Source of the DNA: a virus
IMG/VR virus record: IMGVR_UViG_3300033153_007277
Span: 6,208-70,207 of that record
Length of the DNA: 64,000 bases
Strand: one strand, 5' to 3'
Shown here: positions 51,347 to 59,324 of the stretch, one piece after another
Layout: every line of letters begins with the position of its first letter
Numbering within the stretch: position 1 is the stretch's first letter
Program-made: the position numbers and the translations under genes
Notes under the pieces: generated by a model
What the model was told of the DNA's origin: nothing
Seen by the model: the letters and a program-made list of their open reading frames with translations, nothing else
The model's database searches: none

Positions 51347-51458
51347 ACGCTCGTCGTTTCCGAGCTGTCATACAACCTCCCTATGTTGTAATCGTGACAT
51401 GGTTACTGCTTATATTGAAAAAGGCATTCTAGTTACCATGTAAACCCATTCGCCTTTG

Positions 51459-51541
51459 TGCTAGGGGGATGATTCGAACATCCAACCTGTAGGTCAATTT
51501 TACTGCTTCCTACCGCTCTTACCTGCTTGAGCTACCCACGC
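51459..51541 (-). ncRNA. tRNA-like RNA with an enlarged (15-nt) anticodon loop
   Basis: D arm GCTC/GAGC; anticodon stem GTAGG/CCTAC; T arm GGATG-TTCGAAT-CATCC; acceptor GCGTGGG/CCCTAGC with two mismatches. Confidence 0.7.
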
Positions 51542-51625
51542 AATTTCCCAGTCTTTCCTGAGTGTCATATCTGCCCTGAAAGGTGTTTCGGATTAATCCA
51601 ACTCCCTATGCCTACTCATGTAGCT

Positions 51626-51910
51626 CGATAAGCGACCCGACTCTTACGGGTTATCGTTTAATGAGTGGGGGATTATCGTTTCCCCCAGTACGTTCTACGC
51701 TGCAACTCTAAGCTGCGGTGTAAAAAGGTTTATAACTTTTGCAGTTATATTTATCAATCTAAAGTTCATTACCCTTATCTCGCTGTCAAATCCAGGTCAC
51801 CCCCATATATCCACCAGAGGTTTGATAGTTCCTAACTCTGGCCCATTGGAAAATGGTAGTGGAGGTGGGGGAAATCGAATCCCCGTCCAAACAAGTAGCT
51901 AATAACAAAT
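51626..51910 (-). ncRNA. ssrA: circularly permuted (two-piece) tmRNA
   Basis: Acceptor piece ~51910-51860 (TGGAC, T arm GGGGA-TTCGATT-TCCCC, CACCTCC-A) precedes the coding piece starting GGGGGTG-ACCTGGATTTGAC at 51804; G3-U70; tag frame 51742-51695 AKVINLFTPQLRVAA*; outer ends approximate. Confidence 0.88.
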
Positions 51911-51998
51911 TGTGCCATGCACTAGATTAATGTTTTTAAATGTAAATAAAATTAGATCAACTTACATGCTATCGTGGCAAGGCTAATTGTATTTACCA

Positions 51999-52014
51999 AT
52001 ATGTTAAAGAACTA
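51999..52014 (-). promoter_or_regulatory. boxA-like antitermination site (leftward)
   Basis: TAGTTCTTTAACATAT. Confidence 0.55.
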
Positions 52015-52211
52015 ACGAGGTTCTCCTGCTACTAACTTATTGTTTTCATTAATGATTCGACTGTCCATAAACTCATAAATCCTTTCGGTGCTTTTCCAAC
52101 TATCTTTTACAAAGCATCAAACAGCGTTGCTTAAACTTGATCTCATGAAACCAAGATATGGCCTCCCTCATTAACTATTCAATAAATCAAAGAACCTCTT
52201 TTCTATGCTTG

Positions 52212-52367
52212 CAGTGCAAACAGGATTTGAACCTATGGACCCTTTCGGTAGTTGCTTCCCTACTCCGGGTCAGTAGTTGTTATCCTTGAGCAACAAATAA
52301 AGAAGTTTACTCTTTATCAATCATTTGGATTAGACCACCGCTTTCAACCATACTTAGCTATTGCACT
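52212..52367 (-). ncRNA. tRNA-like RNA (Ser-like scaffold) with a 56-nt structured insert in place of the anticodon loop
   Basis: AGTGCAA/TTGCACT-G acceptor; D arm GCT/AGC with GG; stem GTGGT/ACTAC; long variable arm GACCC/GGGTC; T arm ATAGG-TTCAAAT-CCTGT. Confidence 0.7.
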
Positions 52368-52401
52368 ATGACAATATTGCATCTCTACAACAAAGCCATT
52401 G

Positions 52402-52432
52402 CAAATGTAAACAAATATCTGAAAGTAACAAA
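52402..52432 (-). promoter_or_regulatory. Bacteroidota sigma-A promoter driving the RNA cluster leftward
   Basis: TTTG-N19-TACATTTG, a full consensus match. Confidence 0.7.
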
Positions 52433-52680
52433 AGAAAAACCAACTGTTTACATAACAACCCCCACTTTTATTCAATCAAACAACACATACCCAACCAATT
52501 ACAAACCCCCCCTATAAAGTATTTAATCTATAACACAAAGAATCCTTAATATAGATATTTATGAAGACTCCGGAACATAGCCTAAGTTATTGTTCTTCGC
52601 CCCCACCAAGCTCTGATCTATTCAATGGACCTTGGGTGGCAAAATGTAATAATTAAATCGTATGTGGCACTTACATAATA

Positions 52681-52731
52681 TACTTTTATTTACTTTACTA
52701 TACTTTACTTTACTTGCATTGCGAACGCATT
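52681..52731. repeat. TACTT pentamer run plus GCATTG repeat (origin-like)
   Basis: tacttttatttactttactatactttactttactt-gcattgcgaacgcattg. Confidence 0.55.
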
Positions 52732-53550
52732 GGCTACCTATCCATCACCCATATAGGTAATCTATGGGTACCCATTAAGTACCTATTCCCTCCCCATGTA
52801 CGGGTACCTCATATATAAACACCCCCACCCCTTTTAACTTCTTGATTATCAAATTGTTATAAGTGCCATATTCTATCTGGAGAAAAAGTATTGATGAAAT
52901 ATCAGGGATAATACTACTGGGGGTAATCCGTATCCGTGGGGGTAGTATATAATACAATAGGCCCCCACCCCTTTTCAAACCGAAACCCCCAACAACTTAA
53001 CCTCCTAAAACCCAAATCCTTAACTATCTTTACTCTTTTACCCCGTAACCCCTTTGGGAGGGGCTACTCTCTTGAGGGTCACTTAGTTAGCTGAGTATTC
53101 ATTGCAGAGCTTCGCCTCCCAAGGCGGGGCGGGGTGCTCTTTGTCAGGGGCAAAAACCTACCCCCCAGCCCCATGACCTATTCATCCATTACCTTAATAC
53201 ACTGAGTTACAACACATTGCCCCGAATGGGTATCCAATGCTAACCTATTAGTAGCCCACCTTTTACCCATAACATCGGGCCTATTGCATTGTATTATATC
53301 TATATATTATATCTATATAGAGAGTGGACACACCTTTAGGGGGTTGGTACTAATCACTACAGCCCAGTGATACCAACACATTCACACATTCAATTTGTTT
53401 CTCTCAGCATTTAGCCTGATGTTTACAATGTCGACAGGCAAACGAGCCAACAGACATACACACTGACAAGCACATGACACGAGCATTACATGTGTACCTT
53501 TTCACTCACATCTACACAGTGAGAGTTTAACACAGATTAAACGAGGTTGC

Positions 53551-53566
53551 TAGTTCTTTGACATAT
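53551..53566 (+). promoter_or_regulatory. boxA-like antitermination site (rightward)
   Basis: TAGTTCTTTGACATAT; 15/16 identical to the leftward copy. Confidence 0.55.
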
Positions 53567-53700
53567 GAAGTTGTAAAACGAAGGGGTGCTAACAAACCCT
53601 AAAAAGAAAACCCAAGTGGGGGGAAAAGAGTACCACTTTAAACAGACAAAAGACTACGGTGACCAGTGAATAAAGTAACTGGATACGTAGCAAGATTATA

Positions 53701-53800
53701 CAGCTATGAAGTGTTAATAGAGTGACGCAAGGATGGCAACCTTAAAAACTAAACCATGAAGTGTTAACAGAGTTACGCCCAGTTGGTAACTGGTAAAACT
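53701..53800 (+). repeat. two tandem 50-nt units with a covarying hairpin
   Basis: ATGAAGTGTTAAYAGAGTKACGC-stem-WTGGYAA-stem-WAAAACT, twice. Confidence 0.75.
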
Positions 53801-53869
53801 GTTTCCCCTCAATCATTCATTTGGTTGCGGGGAACAAAGGCGTTATGCCATTCATTAAATCATACTATT

Positions 53870-54259
53870 ATGAGCAAAATTGAGAGCACTGTAAAAGGGT
53901 TAATTAATGCTGTAAACTACAAAGGAGAGTTTGCAAAAGAATCCAAGGATAAACTACTAGAGTTCTATTTGGTTACGAATAAAACTAGGTTAAATTCACT
54001 AGATTTAAACAAAGTAAAAGATCATGATTTTAAAAGCGAAATAATGACCGGAGCAATGAGACTTGGAAAACAAAGAGACCTCAGAAAAATAGTTACAAAA
54101 CTTGAGAGACATGCTTATGCCCCCGAATTAAATCAACTTCATTTTAAAAACGGTAAAACGCTCAAAGTAAAAGCCGATAACATGGATGACGCTATACTTT
54201 ATGCTTCAATATATTTAAGCTCTGGAGAGGTGAAAAGATACGGATATACAATAACTTAA
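53870..54259 (+). CDS. hypothetical early protein
   Basis: ATG (MSKIEST) after an aaatcatactatt leader; upstream TTG start lies in the repeats. Confidence 0.65.
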   Translation: MSKIESTVKGLINAVNYKGEFAKESKDKLLEFYLVTNKTRLNSLDLNKVKDHDFKSEIMTGAMRLGKQRDLRKIVTKLERHAYAPELNQLHFKNGKTLKVKADNMDDAILYASIYLSSGEVKRYGYTIT

Positions 54260-54340
54260 TTACAAGCCCCCGAATGTTATTCGATTAACTCAGGGGTTCC
54301 AAGTCGATGGAGGACTATAACTCCACACATCAACAACAAC

Positions 54341-54402
54341 TCGCAGTACAGCGGTGCTCATAGAATAAGCTATGGGGGTGGTTCGACTCCATTTTCTGCG
54401 AC
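54341..54402 (+). ncRNA. miniature tRNA-like RNA lacking a D stem
   Basis: TCGCAG/CTGCGA stem; CTCATAG/CTATGGG hairpin; T arm GGTGG-TTCGACT-CCATT. Confidence 0.5.
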
Positions 54403-54421
54403 AAACTAAACACTTAGAATT

Positions 54422-54574
54422 ATGACGAAGCAATATAAATGGAGACTGTTTCTATTTGGAGACATAATCTACGAAACAGATGACATCTTAGCTGCTGAGG
54501 CTTACAAGTCGACGTACAAAGAAGTGTTAAAAAAGCATATAACAATTGAACAAAACACATTGATAACTAAATAA
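54422..54574 (+). CDS. small hypothetical protein (50 aa)
   Basis: Read manually: MTKQYKWRLF... Confidence 0.5.
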   Translation: MTKQYKWRLFLFGDIIYETDDILAAEAYKSTYKEVLKKHITIEQNTLITK

Positions 54575-54584
54575 AACTACTATT

Positions 54585-55418
54585 ATGAAAAAGGTATTTA
54601 CAAGCTCATACGATGTGATACATCTATTTGCACAAAGAAGTCAAGACGAAGCAAGAGTTTCAAACAGAAGCGTATATTTTAACAACGAAACAAAGATTTA
54701 TTCTTATGGTTCGCATTATTTGTTAGGTGAGTTTTTAGATGCCAACACAATAATGATAAATGATGACGGATATAGCGTTACAACATCAAAACATATCAGC
54801 CAAATAAAAGGAGCAACAAGCCAGTATAGACAGTTCTTAAAATCAGAGTCGGACATCGACAGAGTACATAGTCACGTAATAGCTAACAAAAACAGGTTAG
54901 CAAATGCAAGAAAGCCCGAAATGTACATAAACCCCATTTTAAATCTATGGTCCACGCTTAACACTTTCCTTGAATACAGCAAAGCAAAGAAGTACAAAAG
55001 CAATAAAAAATATCGAGAGATTAAATCTATTGTGAATGCCCTCAATAATGGTTCCGATGACTTCAAAGAGAAATTGAGACTTGCAGCCATAAAAGAAGCG
55101 AAAGCTCAAAAGAGAAAAGACGCGAAAGAACTAGTAGAAAAACTAGAGAAATTCAACAACTATGAAATCAATTTCTTTAGAGTTGGAAAGGAGGACTACC
55201 TGAGACTATCACAGGATGGTGAAAGAGTGGAAACTTCCCAACATGTAAGCGTTAAGCGAGAGAATGCAAAACTATTGTATCAAATGATCGAAAGAGGTAT
55301 TGAAATAAAAGGCAAGCATATCGAAAACTATGTAGTTACCAGTATAAACGGTACATTGAAAATTGGATGCCATAGTATAAATATTGAGAGCATGCATAAA
55401 ATAGGCAAATCTCTGTAG
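54585..55418 (+). CDS. conserved early phage protein of unknown function
   Basis: IYSYG.HY, YSVTTSKH and IGCH motifs. Confidence 0.75.
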   Translation: MKKVFTSSYDVIHLFAQRSQDEARVSNRSVYFNNETKIYSYGSHYLLGEFLDANTIMINDDGYSVTTSKHISQIKGATSQYRQFLKSESDIDRVHSHVIANKNRLANARKPEMYINPILNLWSTLNTFLEYSKAKKYKSNKKYREIKSIVNALNNGSDDFKEKLRLAAIKEAKAQKRKDAKELVEKLEKFNNYEINFFRVGKEDYLRLSQDGERVETSQHVSVKRENAKLLYQMIERGIEIKGKHIENYVVTSINGTLKIGCHSINIESMHKIGKSL

Positions 55419-55499
55419 TCGACTAAGCGACTCTAAACCACATTAAGCTTAGTGCGTCCCTCATTGCGAGGGGGTTGTATAAACTAAAACACATATAAA

Positions 55500-55760
55500 A
55501 TGAAAGGATTACTAGTAATTGCAGCAGCTGCAATGTCGAAAGAAGCACTTGTTGACCTATTAGAAGAAGCAGTCGAAGAGTTTAAAAAAGACCCCACCGA
55601 TGAAAACTTCAAAAAGGTAGCCATGCCCGCTTTAATGGTGACTACTAAAGCCTCTATAATAGAGAAGGGAGGAGATAGTACTGAAGCTGCTATTGAAATG
55701 ATTCAGGAATTAGATAGAACGGGGAAAGCATCCAAGCTACTTGACTCAGAAGAAAATTAA
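55500..55760 (+). CDS. hypothetical protein
   Basis: ATG ORF with A-rich leader. Confidence 0.65.
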   Translation: MKGLLVIAAAAMSKEALVDLLEEAVEEFKKDPTDENFKKVAMPALMVTTKASIIEKGGDSTEAAIEMIQELDRTGKASKLLDSEEN

Positions 55761-55833
55761 CAACATTCCCCAACACCCCTCAAAAGGTCCAGGGGAACCA
55801 AGGCGTTAGCCACAAAACCAAACACATACCACT

Positions 55834-55998
55834 ATGAAAAATGTAATAAGTACAGCCGTAAAGAATGAAATCAAAGCCATGAGCGCAAGCAAAGTCGAAG
55901 ATTCAATATCAACGTCCGACAGGGTGAAAATTGGCATCTGCTTAGTATTAGTTGTAGCGTTAGGCGTGTTAATTGTAACGTTCGGAGAATCTTTTTAG
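55834..55998 (+). CDS. small C-terminally anchored membrane protein (54 aa)
   Basis: Read manually; TM IGICLVLVVALGVLIVTF. Confidence 0.5.
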   Translation: MKNVISTAVKNEIKAMSASKVEDSISTSDRVKIGICLVLVVALGVLIVTFGESF

Positions 55999-56000
55999 TT

Positions 56001-56228
56001 ATGTGCCATTCAGAACTAGTAGAACTTTTATTTGAATTAGATTCAGTAAGAGAAGCGTTACACAGAACAGATGTAGCTATGATCCGTCAGGCCCAAATGG
56101 AAACCAATGAGCGAACAATTGACAATCGCGTTAGAATCCACCGCCAACAAAAACAACTAAGAAAAGAAAGAATAAGAGCGAACATGGAAATAGGTTTCGC
56201 TCTTGAATGTCCAACAATGAAAAACTAA
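56001..56228 (+). CDS. hypothetical protein
   Basis: ATG ORF in operon. Confidence 0.55.
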   Translation: MCHSELVELLFELDSVREALHRTDVAMIRQAQMETNERTIDNRVRIHRQQKQLRKERIRANMEIGFALECPTMKN

Positions 56229-56239
56229 AAATCACTATC

Positions 56240-57060
<821 letters not shown>

Positions 57061-57064
<4 letters not shown>

Positions 57065-57318
57065 AAACAGTGACAATAAGAGCTAGATTCCAACAGTCAG
57101 AAAAGGCATACATCTTCCTCAACAGCTCACCAAGAACCTACAAAGGAAAGTTCCTCAACAACATGATTTCCCTCCCAAAATCCCAGACCGAGATCATCGA
57201 GATAGAAGAGATTGCCATGAGCCTAAAAGCAGTATCAGTCGCCATACCAAACTGGTTATACGACAAACTCCCCCTGGATTGCCCAGAGTGGAAAGATTTA
57301 ATAAAATCACTATCATAA
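57061..57318 (+). CDS. hypothetical protein
   Basis: ATG overlapping upstream stop; SEKA...LPKSQ...IPNWL. Confidence 0.6.
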
Positions 57319-57340
57319 TTATTAACTAACACGTATTAAA

Positions 57341-57850
57341 ATGAGTAGAATAACAAAAGCAATAACTGAAGAAGTAGCTATTAAAATGACGGTTAAAAAT
57401 GCCGAAGAAATAGAGGTTCTAAAAAAAGAGCTTAATGACAAAGCAATAGAATTTCATATTGCTAATACTCCTAAAGAAATTTTAGAAATGTATGCAAAAT
57501 ATCCATCTTATTTTAAAAGGGCAACCCAGTTTCGTTTAGGATCTGATTTTAGTTATAAATACGTTGAATCTTCAGTAAAACTACCTTACGAAGGAGATTC
57601 ATGTTTTAACAATAATTATATCAACTTTACTAATAAAGAGGAAACTAAATTAGTTAAACTACATTATAAAATAATTGATGCAGAAAAAGCCCTAAAAGAT
57701 TTGAGACAAGATATTAAAATAGCTTTATATAGTATGCGAACTTACGCTAAGGTTGAAAAGGAATTTAATGAAGCTTTTAAATTTCTGCCTAAGAAAATAA
57801 TAACTGCTGTATCTGTAGATCTTGGATCGATCAGGAAAAAATTAAAGTAA
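57341..57850 (+). CDS. Nmad5-like (nucleotide-modification-associated) protein
   Basis: MSRITK.I.E and L.S.RT...V...F.EA..FLP pattern. Confidence 0.55.
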   Translation: MSRITKAITEEVAIKMTVKNAEEIEVLKKELNDKAIEFHIANTPKEILEMYAKYPSYFKRATQFRLGSDFSYKYVESSVKLPYEGDSCFNNNYINFTNKEETKLVKLHYKIIDAEKALKDLRQDIKIALYSMRTYAKVEKEFNEAFKFLPKKIITAVSVDLGSIRKKLK

Positions 57851-57860
57851 AACCACTACC

Positions 57861-58271
57861 ATGAACAAAGACGAAATAATTGAGGCACTGAGCGACAGAC
57901 TTGGTAAGACCAACAAAGCAATAGACAATGCCACCTCCATCATGAAGAATGAATTTGGAGAGACCGAAGAGTACCTAATCCTAGCAGAGGAATTAGCCCC
58001 CAACGAAACCCTCCTAGTCAAAATAGAATCACTATCAATCCTCCCCGAAAACTTCTGGGTGGTAGTAGAGAAATATCTTGAAAACCATAGCAATAGTGCT
58101 GAGGTTAAAAGAAATGATGCACTGCATAGGTATTGTAACGACAACAAAGAGGGGTTGTCTGAATTGGAGATCAAGTGGATGGAAAGACATTATCCGGATA
58201 TCGAAGAAGCATTGAAAAAAAGTAATATTGAACTGTATGCTAAGGCATTAATGGCTAGTATATCTAAATAA
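57861..58271 (+). CDS. hypothetical protein
   Basis: ATG after aaaaccactacc leader. Confidence 0.65.
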   Translation: MNKDEIIEALSDRLGKTNKAIDNATSIMKNEFGETEEYLILAEELAPNETLLVKIESLSILPENFWVVVEKYLENHSNSAEVKRNDALHRYCNDNKEGLSELEIKWMERHYPDIEEALKKSNIELYAKALMASISK

Positions 58272-58308
58272 TTAAACGCAGTAGAGAAAAATTCTCTATA
58301 TTTGAAAA

Positions 58309-58746
58309 ATGAAGAAATTCTTCAAAGGCTTCATGTTATGTACGATGTTACTCTGCATTTCAGCCGTCAGCTTTGGATCTGATGGTGCCAAAACCATAAA
58401 AGAACCCGATAAGGTCTCCATGGAGGACTTAAGTTATTCCGCAGATGTTATATCTGTAGAGATTGTTTCACTGGTAATTGCTGACACAGATTATGGGCTA
58501 GACTCACTATCAACGTCATTCAAAGCGGTAGCTGTGCCTTTTTATAAGACATTGGTAGCGATAGATGCGATTACACCGTTAAACTTTATAATGGACCCTG
58601 GACTATGCTATGCGATTGTTAGCAATACAGGCACATTAGAAACCGGAAAAAACTACATAACCATACCTAAACAGATGACGGCATCAAATCATGTCGGAAA
58701 GTTATCTACCATTGGTAATGTTACCTATACAGGAAATTTTATCTAG
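58309..58746 (+). CDS. secreted/envelope protein with signal peptide
   Basis: MKKFF + hydrophobic core + VSFG; TATATTTG promoter 4 nt upstream. Confidence 0.65.
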   Translation: MKKFFKGFMLCTMLLCISAVSFGSDGAKTIKEPDKVSMEDLSYSADVISVEIVSLVIADTDYGLDSLSTSFKAVAVPFYKTLVAIDAITPLNFIMDPGLCYAIVSNTGTLETGKNYITIPKQMTASNHVGKLSTIGNVTYTGNFI

Positions 58747-58840
58747 GTTATAAAACTAAAAAGTCCTCAAGACTTGCCCGAGATAAATTGGATCAGGCTC
58801 CAGTCATCGGGACACTAGTACGTTTTACGTAAAAAATATT

Positions 58841-58876
58841 AAAGGCTCTTCATAACTGGGGAGCCTTTCCTTTTTT
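58841..58876 (+). terminator. intrinsic terminator
   Basis: AAAGGCTCTTC/GGGGAGCCTTT then CC-T6. Confidence 0.6.
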
Positions 58877-58880
58877 ATAT

Positions 58881-59069
58881 GATGGAATGGCGGAATTGGA
58901 AGACGCTGATTCTAATAAGAGTAGATTGCAAATTGTTCTTCGGCATTTGGCAACAAGTGTGACATATACGGAAGAACCTCAGACGGGTCCATGCTTGAGT
59001 CCTGTCGCTTACAGAAAGGTGTGCATTAGATAACTTACTCATTTGCAGGTTCGAATCCTGCTTCCATCA
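58881..59069 (+). ncRNA. tRNA-like RNA (Leu-like scaffold) with a 138-nt structured domain replacing the anticodon and variable arms
   Basis: GATGGAA/TTCCATC-A acceptor; TGGCGGAATTGGAAGACGC D arm; GCAGG-TTCGAAT-CCTGC T arm. Confidence 0.75.
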
Positions 59070-59087
59070 CAAACCAACAATTTAATC

Positions 59088-59312
59088 ATGGACAATCTAA
59101 GAATAGGTAGCACGATATTCGTCGTGCCCAAGAAATTAGTGGAAGGCTCCAAAGTCTTCAAAGCAAAAGTATCTACCTTTGCAATCAGGAAAAGTAATGT
59201 AGTGCCAATAATCGTATCGTTAGGTAAAAGTCCTATTGAGTACGTGAAGAGTAGTTATAATTTCTTTAAAACGCAGGAGGAAGCAATTGAGAAGCTTCGA
59301 ACATTTAATTAA
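59088..59312 (+). CDS. hypothetical protein
   Basis: ATG (MDNLRIG); the TTG start lies inside the RNA T arm. Confidence 0.6.
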   Translation: MDNLRIGSTIFVVPKKLVEGSKVFKAKVSTFAIRKSNVVPIIVSLGKSPIEYVKSSYNFFKTQEEAIEKLRTFN

Positions 59313-59324
59313 ATCACTATCAAA

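Noticed and set aside
51400-51458. Theta ribozyme in the 3' trailer of the tRNA-like gene
   Set aside because: Two crossing helices are possible (AAAGGCG/TGCCTTT; CATGGT/ACCATG), but no P3/L3 or catalytic J4/2 could be placed
51860-51900. attP/attR fragment of a host ssrA from integration
   Set aside because: The matching 5' half, P2 pairing and tag frame are adjacent; no integrase or host genes in the window
52361-52978. ORFs 52361..52549 and 52775..52978
   Set aside because: TTG starts in low-complexity non-coding DNA; the first overlaps the promoter and an RNA gene
53701-53800. Mini CRISPR array
   Set aside because: Only two units, and the variable part is a structure-conserved hairpin rather than a unique spacer; no cas genes
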